32,000 nt of DNA from the NCBI RefSeq assembly GCF_037902255.1, contig NZ_CP147990.1, forward strand, positions 4,410,001 to 4,442,000, given 5' to 3'. Position numbers and translations under genes: made by a program. Origin of the DNA: Candidatus Electrothrix sp. GW3-4. Lineage in GTDB: Bacteria > Desulfobacterota > Desulfobulbia > Desulfobulbales > Desulfobulbaceae. How positions within the stretch are numbered: position 1 is the first letter of the stretch; each line of letters begins with the position of its first letter. This document shows, piece by piece, positions 14,065 to 22,300 of this stretch. The notes beneath the pieces are model-generated. The model was given only the letters and a program-made list of their open reading frames with translations. It had not been told where the DNA came from and did not search any database.

Positions 14065-14880
14065 ATGATACCGCGTCAACAGCATCTTGAGCAAGGTAGA
14101 GGTAATGGCAAGAGGAATTCGTCTCGACCCGCAAAGGTCTGTTCGGTTGCCTTTCTGTCTATAGGATTATGTCTTTCCCAGCTTTCTCCCGTTTTTGCCC
14201 GCAACGGTTTTAATGGTCCTGTGGTGCCAGGTTATCCGTCGCCACGGGTAGCTCGTCCAGTAGCTCGTCCAGTAGCGCCGGTTCCCCGGCCTGTTCGCTC
14301 AGTGGCTCCTGCTCGGCGTGTTTTTCCAGGGCCACGGGTTCGTCCGGTTGTTCGTCGTCCTCCCGTGGTACGGCGTCCTTTGCCCGTCGGAAGAGTATTA
14401 CGGGCCCTGCCGTTGGGATATGCAGCAATTATGTTGGCCAACAGTCTGTATTACTACCATGGAGGAAGTTTTTATCGCCAAGGTCCTGGCGGATATGTTG
14501 TTATTGAGGCCCCGGTCGGGGCTGTGGTCCCGACATTGCCTGCCAACTACAGCTTCCTCATTATCGATGGGGTACGATATTATACCCATGCAGGAGTATA
14601 TTATCTGCAAGTTCCTGAGGGCTATCAGGTTGTAGCGGATCCGAGCAGGGCGACCCCGCAACCGGTTGTGAGTAATAAGGTCGTTGTGACGTCAAATATG
14701 CTCAATGTTCGCTCGGGCCCTAGTCGTCAATATTATATCACCAACAGGGTCTATTACGGTAATCTCCTGTTGGTTCTCCAGAGGCAAGTGGATTGGCTCT
14801 ATGTGCAGTTACCCGATAATAGTCGGGGCTGGGTGATGACGAGATTTACCGAGCCTGTGAGACAACGTGTCGATGGGTAG
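14065..14880 (+). CDS. Secreted protein with a P/R/V-rich repeat region, a Tyr/Gly-rich middle and a C-terminal bacterial SH3 domain
   Basis: GGAGAA RBS. Hydrophobic signal-like segment VCSVAFLSIGLCLSQLSPVFA. Low-complexity ARPVARPVAPVPRPVRSVAPARR...VVRRPPVVRRP. C-terminal SH3_3-like MLNVRSGPSRQYYITNRVYYGNLLLVLQRQVDWLYVQLPDNSRGWV. Confidence 0.75.
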   Translation: MIPRQQHLEQGRGNGKRNSSRPAKVCSVAFLSIGLCLSQLSPVFARNGFNGPVVPGYPSPRVARPVARPVAPVPRPVRSVAPARRVFPGPRVRPVVRRPPVVRRPLPVGRVLRALPLGYAAIMLANSLYYYHGGSFYRQGPGGYVVIEAPVGAVVPTLPANYSFLIIDGVRYYTHAGVYYLQVPEGYQVVADPSRATPQPVVSNKVVVTSNMLNVRSGPSRQYYITNRVYYGNLLLVLQRQVDWLYVQLPDNSRGWVMTRFTEPVRQRVDG

Positions 14881-14962
14881 GCTGGTCTCGCCCAACAATG
14901 CCAGGCCATGATTTTTTTAAGAGGTATTCCTGAAGAAACTAAACCAAGCGGAGTCCGAGATA

Positions 14963-16420
14963 ATGGAGAAACGATCCTGCGATTTTATCATCTTCGGTAT
15001 TATGGGGGATCTGGCCCAGCGCAAACTCCTGCCTTCACTCTATCAGCTGGAGAAGGCAGGGATGCTCAACTACGATACCAGGGTTATCGGGGTAGCCCGC
15101 CACGATCTTGATCAACAGGCCTTTCTGGTCGAGATGCGAAAGAGGTTGGAGACGTTTGTTGAGGAACCCCTTGATCAGGCAGCTGCGGAGCAACTCCTGG
15201 CCCGGATGCAGTACGTATTGGTTAATCTTGATCGTCCAGAACAGTATACTCGTCTCTGCCAGGTCACCAATCAGCAATGCCGGGTGATGGTGAATTATTT
15301 TTCCGTTGCCCCCTCCTTGTTCGGGGATATCTGCACCGGTCTGGACCATGCCGGTTTAATCAGCCCGGAGACCCGGGTGGTCTTGGAAAAACCCATCGGA
15401 CGTAATCTGGTCACCTCCCGCCAGATCAACGATTTGGTGGCCAGGTTTTTTCATGAAGATCAGGTTTATCGGATTGATCATTACCTGGGCAAGGAGACCG
15501 TGATGAACCTGCTGGCCCTGCGTTTTGCCAATTCTATCTTTACCACGAACTGGGACCATAACACCATCGATCATGTCCAGATTACCGTGGCAGAGCAGGT
15601 GGGGATTGAGGGCCGTTGGGGGTATTTTGATACGTCTGGCCAGCTGCGGGACATGGTGCAGAATCATCTGATGCAGATCCTGACCTTGGTTGCTATGGAG
15701 CCACCGGTCAACCTGCATGACGAAAGCCTGCGCAATGAAAAATTGAAGGTGCTCAAGGCTCTGCGCCCGATTACAACGAAAAATATCGAGCGGAAGGTGG
15801 TGCGGGGGCAGTACGGCCCAGGTTTTATTCGGGGCAAGCCCGTTCCCGGTTATCTGGAGGAGGCTGGGGGAGATCCAATGTCCACTACCGAGACCTTTGT
15901 CGCCATCCGGGTGGATATCGACAATTGGCGTTGGGCTGGCGTGCCTTTTTATCTTCGGACGGGCAAGGCAATGGCCACCAAACGTTCTGAGGTGGTGATC
16001 AACTATAAGCAGCTGCCCCACAACATTTTTACTGATTCCTATCGCTGTTTACCAGCCAATAAGCTGGTGATTCGCCTCCAGCCCGACGAAGGGGTGGAGA
16101 TAGAGATGCTGAATAAGGCGCCGGGAATCGGGGACGGCATCCATCTTCAGCGTACCATGCTGGATCTCAGTTTTTCCGAGGCCTTTAAAAAGGAGCGGGT
16201 TGCCGGTGCCTATGAACGTCTTATTTTAGATGTGATGCAGGGGACGCAGGCCCTGTTCATTCATCGGGATGAGGTCGAGTATTCCTGGACCTGGATTGAT
16301 TCTATTCAGGAGGCCTGGCAGAAGTCCAATGAGTCGCCCAAGCAATACCCGGCAGGCACCTGGGGGCCAGTGGCTTCGGTGGCCCTGTTGGCACGCGATG
16401 GGCGGGAATGGGAGGAGTGA
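14963..16420 (+). CDS. zwf: Glucose-6-phosphate 1-dehydrogenase
   Basis: NADP motif FGIMGDLAQRKLLPSLY and active-site motif RIDHYLGKE. Full-length 485 aa. Confidence 0.95.
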   Translation: MEKRSCDFIIFGIMGDLAQRKLLPSLYQLEKAGMLNYDTRVIGVARHDLDQQAFLVEMRKRLETFVEEPLDQAAAEQLLARMQYVLVNLDRPEQYTRLCQVTNQQCRVMVNYFSVAPSLFGDICTGLDHAGLISPETRVVLEKPIGRNLVTSRQINDLVARFFHEDQVYRIDHYLGKETVMNLLALRFANSIFTTNWDHNTIDHVQITVAEQVGIEGRWGYFDTSGQLRDMVQNHLMQILTLVAMEPPVNLHDESLRNEKLKVLKALRPITTKNIERKVVRGQYGPGFIRGKPVPGYLEEAGGDPMSTTETFVAIRVDIDNWRWAGVPFYLRTGKAMATKRSEVVINYKQLPHNIFTDSYRCLPANKLVIRLQPDEGVEIEMLNKAPGIGDGIHLQRTMLDLSFSEAFKKERVAGAYERLILDVMQGTQALFIHRDEVEYSWTWIDSIQEAWQKSNESPKQYPAGTWGPVASVALLARDGREWEE

Positions 16421-16434
16421 TTTCGCTTTATTGC

Positions 16435-17571
16435 TTACGCGTTCCAGCATCCACGAACAATCCTGACAATTTGTTCCAGGTCCTTATCGTTCATACTTGT
16501 GCCGGAGGGCAGGCAAAGGCCAGTGTGGAAAATTTCTTCGGCAACCTGTCCGCCAGCAACTTCGCATCCCTTGTACAGGGGCTGGAGGTGCATGGGCTTC
16601 CAGGTGGGGCGTGATTCAATATTGTGTTTTTCCAGCTCCTGAATGACGGTGTCTCGGTTGGTACCTGCCTGGGCAGGGGCAATGGTTAGGCAGGTAAGCC
16701 AGCGGCTGGAGCGGGCAAAGTCTGGTTCCGGCATAAAACGGACTCCGGGTAGATCGCCCAACTGTTCACGATAATAGGCAAAGATTTCTCGCTTTCTCTG
16801 TACACGCTCATCCAACACCCGGAGCTGGCCCCGGCCTATGGCGGCCAGTACATTGCTCATCCGGTAGTTATAGCCCATTTCAGTATGTTGATAATGGGCA
16901 GCATTATCTCTGGCCTGGGTGGCCCAGAATTTCACCTTGTGGATCAATGCTTCATCGTTGGAAACAATCATGCCGCCGCCGGAGGTGGTGATGATCTTAT
17001 TGCCGTTAAAGGAATAAAAACCGGCCAGGCCGAAGGTGCCTGGAGTCTTGCCTTTATACTGCGCCCCGAGGGCCTCGGCGGCATCTTCAATCAGAATGAC
17101 GCCATGTTTGTCACAGGCGGCTTTGATGGGGGCAATATCAGCGGGCTGGCCATAGAGATGGACCAGCACCACCGACTTGGGCAGACAGCCTTGGGCTGCA
17201 CGCTGTTCCAGCTCCGAGGCCAGCAGGACCGGGTCCATGTTCCAGCTGGAAAAATCAGAATCAATAAAGACAGGTGTGGCTCCCTGATAGAGGATGGGAT
17301 TGGTAGAGCCGACAAAGGTGAAGGTGGAGCAGAACACGACATCCGCCGGTCCGACCCCGACATAGCGCAACAGCAGGTGCAGGGCAGCCGTCCCGGAGGC
17401 AACGGCGGCAGCGTACTTTGCTCCAACGGTGTTGGCAAATTCCTGCTCAAAGGCGTCGAGTTGAGGACCGACCGGGGCGATGTAGTTGGCGGCAAATGCT
17501 TGGTGGACAAAATCCAACTCTTGGCCGCCCATATGGGGGGGGGATAAAAATATTCGTTTATTGGGACTCAT
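16435..17571 (-). CDS. DegT/DnrJ/EryC1/StrS-family sugar aminotransferase (PglE/EpsN-like)
   Basis: Family-typical N-terminus (FLSPPHMGGQELDFV) and PLP-lysine segment FNGNKIITTSGGGM. Its start overlaps the upstream stop as TAATG. Confidence 0.9.
   Translation of the reverse strand: MSPNKRIFLSPPHMGGQELDFVHQAFAANYIAPVGPQLDAFEQEFANTVGAKYAAAVASGTAALHLLLRYVGVGPADVVFCSTFTFVGSTNPILYQGATPVFIDSDFSSWNMDPVLLASELEQRAAQGCLPKSVVLVHLYGQPADIAPIKAACDKHGVILIEDAAEALGAQYKGKTPGTFGLAGFYSFNGNKIITTSGGGMIVSNDEALIHKVKFWATQARDNAAHYQHTEMGYNYRMSNVLAAIGRGQLRVLDERVQRKREIFAYYREQLGDLPGVRFMPEPDFARSSRWLTCLTIAPAQAGTNRDTVIQELEKHNIESRPTWKPMHLQPLYKGCEVAGGQVAEEIFHTGLCLPSGTSMNDKDLEQIVRIVRGCWNA
17535..17543. repeat. G9 (coding-strand C9) homopolymer in codons 10-13 of the aminotransferase gene
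   Basis: Counted directly: TCC CCC CCC CAT encodes S-P-P-H. Confidence 0.9.
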
Positions 17572-17978
17572 TATGGCCTCATCTCTCGAATAACCTTAGC
17601 TGGTACGCCAACGGCAATAGTATTAGCTGGAATGTCAGAAGTAACGAAGCTATGGGCGCCTACAATAGCATTTTTACCTATTGTTACTCCTGGCATTACT
17701 GTTGAATGAGAGCCCAGTTTACAATTTTCTTCTAAAACAACCTTGCCTTGTTTATCGTCAATTGTAGAAACAGAATATATTGAACAATGTGACCCTATTT
17801 GCACGTGCTTCTCTATCACGACTCCAAAAAGGGCATTAATATATGTAAATGCACCAATATCAGTACGATATCCTAGCGTTAAGCCAGGTGCGTTCTGGAC
17901 CAGCCAATTAAATTTTGTTGGAACGCCATCTTCAATATCTGGATACTTCCAATTTTGAAATCGTTCGCTATCTGACAT
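17571..17978 (-). CDS. Hexapeptide-repeat (left-handed beta-helix) sugar N/O-acetyltransferase, short form (PglD/EpsM-like)
   Basis: Hexapeptide pattern IGSHCSIYSV...LGSHSTVMPGVTIGKNAIVGAHSFV...IAVGVPAKVI. It sits between the PglC-like and aminotransferase genes. Confidence 0.8.
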   Translation of the reverse strand: MSDSERFQNWKYPDIEDGVPTKFNWLVQNAPGLTLGYRTDIGAFTYINALFGVVIEKHVQIGSHCSIYSVSTIDDKQGKVVLEENCKLGSHSTVMPGVTIGKNAIVGAHSFVTSDIPANTIAVGVPAKVIREMRP

Positions 17979-18597
17979 GATTGTGTAGTTCAGTTTCTTG
18001 GTTGAGGTGGCTACCTTGAAATTTACTCATTGTTTCCTGTCCCTCTTGGCTAATTCCCTCGCGTCTGAAAACTTTCAGGAAGGTTATCCAGAGTATTTTG
18101 ACATCCAGCCATAACGAATGATTATCTACATACCAAACATCCCGGTCAAATTTTTCTTCCCAAGAGAGGCCATTTCTCCCGTTTACCTGGGCCCATCCGG
18201 TAATGCCGGGCAGGACATCATGTCGTCTCGCCTGCTCCGGCGTGTAGCGGTCAAGGTATTCCATAAGCAAAGGCCGAGCGCCTACTAAACTCATATCGCC
18301 TTTGAGGACATTAATCAGTTCGGGCAGTTCATCCAGACTGGTACTACGCAGGAAGCGGCCAAAGGGGACAAGCCTTTTGCCATCGGGAAGTAATTTGCCA
18401 GCAGTATCTCTTTCGTCAGTCATAGTCCGAAATTTATACATCCGAAATGGTTTGCCGTGCAGACCGGGACGTTCCTGGATAAAGAGAATAGGTTTACCTA
18501 TCCTGGCTCTTACCAATAGAGCAGTCAACAGTATCAGCGGAGAAAGACAAAGGATACCGGGAAGAGTGAGGAACAGGTCAAAAAAACGTTTGGTCAT
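17968..18597 (-). CDS. Small monotopic phosphoglycosyl transferase (bacterial sugar transferase family, PglC/EpsL-like), initiating enzyme
   Basis: N-terminal re-entrant helix FFDLFLTLPGILCLSPLILLTALLV, plus KFRTM and DELPELINVLKGDMSLVGARP motifs. Start set to ATG 18597 (MTKRFFD), 2 nt after the upstream stop. Confidence 0.9.
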   Translation of the reverse strand: MTKRFFDLFLTLPGILCLSPLILLTALLVRARIGKPILFIQERPGLHGKPFRMYKFRTMTDERDTAGKLLPDGKRLVPFGRFLRSTSLDELPELINVLKGDMSLVGARPLLMEYLDRYTPEQARRHDVLPGITGWAQVNGRNGLSWEEKFDRDVWYVDNHSLWLDVKILWITFLKVFRREGISQEGQETMSKFQGSHLNQETELHNHVR

Positions 18598-18599
18598 AA

Positions 18600-19967
18600 T
18601 TACCTTTTCTCCACATTCTGCAAAACAATCCACTGCCCTGAACGCGCACTCCCCTCACGCCTCAATACTCCTTTTGCCTTCAATCGTCCGAAATACTCCT
18701 TGATCGTATCAGAACGCATGGACAGCAGATCAGCAAGTTCCCTGCTGCTGGCTTTGGGGTTTTTCTGTAGCAGCTCTAAAATTTTCTGTTCAAGTTCGGT
18801 GATCGGGGGGTGATCGGGGGGTGATCGGGGGGTGATCGGGGGGGCATCTTCCGTCAATTCAAAACTGACCAGTAACCCTGAACCGACTTCTTCAATGCGA
18901 AAACGGAGGTCAGGATATTCAGCCAGTTCTTTCCGAATACGGACAAAACCGCTTCCGTATTTTTCAATATTCTTTGTTAAATAAAATGCCTCGGCTATCA
19001 GCTTGTTGCGCAGGTGCGACGAGTAACTGTCCGTCTCCAGCTCGGCAAGAGTTAAATCACCGTAGAGTTTCCCCGGACTGAAAAAAGTAATGCTGTTATC
19101 AAAGACCTTGATCTGAATATCAGAAGGGTTGGTATAATCCCGATGGACAACAGTATTGAGCAACACCTCACGCAAGGCTGCCAGAGGATAGGAAAACCGT
19201 TCTTTCCGCTGCAAACTCCCGTCAAATGCAAACGCCACGCGGATATTGGCAATGATATACTTCATGGCCTGTTCCACAGCCTTGAACAGGGTGTCGGTAA
19301 TCTGTCGGTCGTCAATAATTATGCTTGATGTTTTGAAACGTCCGATATGAATATGATGCCGCAACGGTTCATCGGCAAACAAGAGCATGGCCGCCCAAGT
19401 CGGCTTTCCTTGGGAAATAAGTTTGAGTTTCTCTAAAGCCAGCAGAGGGGAGGGGTCCAACATGAAACGACCACTCTGGTTTACTTGGGCGATAAACTTT
19501 TCAATCTTGTCCGGAGACAAGGCATCCAGTGATGCTCCCGGAGCTTCATGGGCATCCCAGGAAATCTGTAATGACTGAAGATAGAGGTCTGTGATCTCGC
19601 TTAACGAGAGCTGATGATTTGAGGTGGCGATTCGCTTAAAATAGCGTCCCTTTGTGTTGACCGGTTTTACCGGATACTCATTAATATGAATTCTGACAAT
19701 CGGTTGATCATGCAGGGTAACGAGTTCTATATCCGGAATAATTGAAGGACTTGTAGCGGACTTAATCTGACCGAGCCACTCGTTGAGTGTTTCTTTGCCC
19801 ACAGATACACCGCAGGGAGTGCCGTCATCCGCTACGCCGATCAACACTGTCCCGCCTTGAGCGTTGGCAAAGGCTACCAGTGTTTCTATGGTCTCACGAC
19901 CAAAGGATTTTTTGAATTCGATGGTCTGGGATTCTCCGGTTTTTAAGAGATTTTCAATGTTCACCAA
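18600..19967 (-). CDS. AlbA_2 (Schlafen-like divergent AAA) + HATPase_c_4-like + C-terminal winged-HTH protein; putative regulator
   Basis: N-terminal ESQTIEFKKSF...VAFANAQGGTVLIGVADDG (AlbA_2 signature). Middle ALREVLLNTVVHRDY (RecG-C-terminal/HATPase_c_4-like). C-terminal ELEQKILELLQKNPKASSRELADLL (wHTH). TTG start at 19967, with GTG as the next codon. Confidence 0.8.
   Translation of the reverse strand: MVNIENLLKTGESQTIEFKKSFGRETIETLVAFANAQGGTVLIGVADDGTPCGVSVGKETLNEWLGQIKSATSPSIIPDIELVTLHDQPIVRIHINEYPVKPVNTKGRYFKRIATSNHQLSLSEITDLYLQSLQISWDAHEAPGASLDALSPDKIEKFIAQVNQSGRFMLDPSPLLALEKLKLISQGKPTWAAMLLFADEPLRHHIHIGRFKTSSIIIDDRQITDTLFKAVEQAMKYIIANIRVAFAFDGSLQRKERFSYPLAALREVLLNTVVHRDYTNPSDIQIKVFDNSITFFSPGKLYGDLTLAELETDSYSSHLRNKLIAEAFYLTKNIEKYGSGFVRIRKELAEYPDLRFRIEEVGSGLLVSFELTEDAPPITPRSPPDHPPITELEQKILELLQKNPKASSRELADLLSMRSDTIKEYFGRLKAKGVLRREGSARSGQWIVLQNVEKR
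18800..18844. repeat. 4 x 11-bp perfect tandem repeat TGATCGGGGGG (coding strand CCCCCCGATCA) inside the AlbA_2/wHTH gene
   Basis: Counted directly; the last unit has G7. It is translated in all three phases as PPITPRSPPDHPPIT. Each unit contains GATC. Confidence 0.95.
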
Positions 19968-19987
19968 CTAAGTTCCCTTGCGTATTT

Positions 19988-21151
19988 TTATATATTTTTA
20001 ATTTTTTTATAAAAAGTCGGGTTGGTGTTGGATTGTTCAAGCCCCATAATTGCCATTAGCTCCTTATTGATTTTTTGTACATCAAATTTTTCTTCTGCTA
20101 TTTCTCTGCTTCGTTTTCCCATACGCTTCCATTCTTCGGGATGCTCAATAAACCAAGTCATACGTTCTGCGAGGGCCTCGGCATTTCTTACAGGAACTAA
20201 GAAACCATTTTCGCCCTGAATGACGGTTTCCCGACATCCCGGTGTATCTGTCGTTAAAACAGGCCGACCTGTGGCCATTGCTTCCAAAACACTTCGAGGC
20301 ATCCCTTCATGATACGAAGGTAACACATAAGCATGGCAGGAGGTAAGAAAGGGGCGAACATCGTCGGTTACCCCCAAGTATTGTATTATTCCTTTATCGT
20401 GCCAAGCCTGAATTTTTGTTATAGACACTCCATCTGGCGAAGGATCTTCTGGGCCGAGTACATTAAAGACGGCATCTGGGTATCGCTCCTTTACTTTTCG
20501 GGCTGCACGGGTATATTCCCTGATTCCTTTTTCCTGAAGAAGACGAGCGATGAGTAAAAAAATGGGTTTACCCGCCTTCATTTGTGCCACCTGAAAATGT
20601 TTAATATCTACACCAGAGCCGTCAACGACAGCGCATTTATCCGCAGAAACGATATGTTTCTTAACGAATTTTTCTTGGTTATCATAATTTTGAAAAATAA
20701 CTCGGGTTGCCTTTCGTAAAGAGAGGTTGTATAGCCATGAAGCTATTTTGCGAAGTAGCCTTCGCTGGGTATTTTTTCCTTCAAAAACATATCCAAGTCC
20801 TGTAATTAACGCATAGAATGGAACATTTTTGTTTAGGCAGGATATAGCAAAACCTCCGAAGATAACAGGTTTGATTGTATAGGCAAAAACAATATCGGGC
20901 TTTTCCTGACAAAATATTTTGTACAGGGAGATAAATGTCTTAAAGTCATTCCAAGGATTCAGGCCATTACGTTGTATAGGAAATGCACGGAAATCAGCAC
21001 CAAGAGATTGCAGTTGTATGATAGTTTCTTGGGAAGCAGGAGCTGCCATTGCTGTGACTTGGTGGCCTGATTGTACGAGGGTACTTATAAAATCTCCTCG
21101 AAAATTAACCAATGATGGAGGGTATGCCCCTATAATTAAAATTTTTTTCAT
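19988..21151 (-). CDS. Glycosyltransferase, GT-B fold (GT4-like)
   Basis: MKKILIIGAYPP N-terminus and the EX7E-type region HEGMPRSVLEAMATGRPVLTTD. ATG 21151 preferred over the TTG at 21166. Confidence 0.85.
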   Translation of the reverse strand: MKKILIIGAYPPSLVNFRGDFISTLVQSGHQVTAMAAPASQETIIQLQSLGADFRAFPIQRNGLNPWNDFKTFISLYKIFCQEKPDIVFAYTIKPVIFGGFAISCLNKNVPFYALITGLGYVFEGKNTQRRLLRKIASWLYNLSLRKATRVIFQNYDNQEKFVKKHIVSADKCAVVDGSGVDIKHFQVAQMKAGKPIFLLIARLLQEKGIREYTRAARKVKERYPDAVFNVLGPEDPSPDGVSITKIQAWHDKGIIQYLGVTDDVRPFLTSCHAYVLPSYHEGMPRSVLEAMATGRPVLTTDTPGCRETVIQGENGFLVPVRNAEALAERMTWFIEHPEEWKRMGKRSREIAEEKFDVQKINKELMAIMGLEQSNTNPTFYKKIKNI

Positions 21152-21189
21152 AAATTTGTAAGTCAATTAAGGCCGCTGTCACTTGCTCT

Positions 21190-22278
21190 TCAACGTACAA
21201 CATCCTGTATAGCTATTGCAATATCATCAGCATATAATAATGGGTTCCTCCAGGAGGAAAGGGCGTTTTTTTGTAATTCACAATAGTTCTCAGTGTCTTT
21301 CAAGAGAGAAAGTATTCTCTGAGTAGCAGTGTCAATATCTTTAATTATCAGAGAATTTTTTGAGTCCTGGCAATAATTTTTTATTTCCCCTACAGGTGCG
21401 ACTATAGGTACCAGTCCTAGCTGCATAGCTTCAATAACTGACAGAGCCATACCTTCTTTTCGACTTAACTGTAAGTAGAATGAATAGTTATGGGAACTGT
21501 TTTTAATTTCTTTAAACTCTTGAAGTCCCAGAAAGTGAACACTGTTTGAAATTCCAAGTTTCCGAACAAGTTTTTTTAAGTTTGCTTCTTCTCCGTCATC
21601 AGAGCCATATATAAAGAAAGAGGCTGTAGGAATTGTCTGATGAATATTGGCAAAGACTTGAAGTGCCCGGTCAATACCTTTCCAATAATTTAGCCTCCCC
21701 CAATATACGAAAAATGGATTATTTTTCGGTAGGCTATGAGGAGGAATTATACGGCTCAGGATAAACGAGATAACCCGCAACGGTTTTCGGGAGGTTAGTC
21801 GGGAAGGCACACGGATAGTAATTGTTGTTTTGGAGTCAGCCCAGATTGCATCAGCAACGGCCATTCCACAATGGTTTATTAATTTATCAATAAGATTTGT
21901 TGTTCCGGCGGAATGTAAAAAACAGACAAGTTTGACCTTGGGACACAGCAGCTTGTATAAAATACCTGCGAATAAGGTTCGCCACAGCGAGCATATGAGG
22001 ACATCGGGTTTCTGCCGGATCAATGTTAATAAAGCCCAAAAATGTGCTATGGGATTATTAAGATGGGTACGAAGGCGAGCGAGTGAACGTACTATGGTAA
22101 ACGCAAAAATTTTGTTTTTATCCTGATCACTCTTCTCTTTAAAAGATGCCCATCCTACAAGGCACATTAAACGAAGATCAACCTCTTTCGCTGAAGCTCC
22201 TTTCATGATACATGAACGTGCTGCTGTCTCTACTCCTCCGACACCATCAAATGGGATGAAATGAATACATTTGATCAT
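21190..22278 (-). CDS. Glycosyltransferase, GT-B fold (GT4-like)
   Basis: The C-terminal half has RKEGMALSVIEAMQLGLVPIVAPVGE. AT-rich. Confidence 0.75.
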   Translation of the reverse strand: MIKCIHFIPFDGVGGVETAARSCIMKGASAKEVDLRLMCLVGWASFKEKSDQDKNKIFAFTIVRSLARLRTHLNNPIAHFWALLTLIRQKPDVLICSLWRTLFAGILYKLLCPKVKLVCFLHSAGTTNLIDKLINHCGMAVADAIWADSKTTITIRVPSRLTSRKPLRVISFILSRIIPPHSLPKNNPFFVYWGRLNYWKGIDRALQVFANIHQTIPTASFFIYGSDDGEEANLKKLVRKLGISNSVHFLGLQEFKEIKNSSHNYSFYLQLSRKEGMALSVIEAMQLGLVPIVAPVGEIKNYCQDSKNSLIIKDIDTATQRILSLLKDTENYCELQKNALSSWRNPLLYADDIAIAIQDVVR

Positions 22279-22300
22279 AAGAACGCTTAGAATAAAAAGG

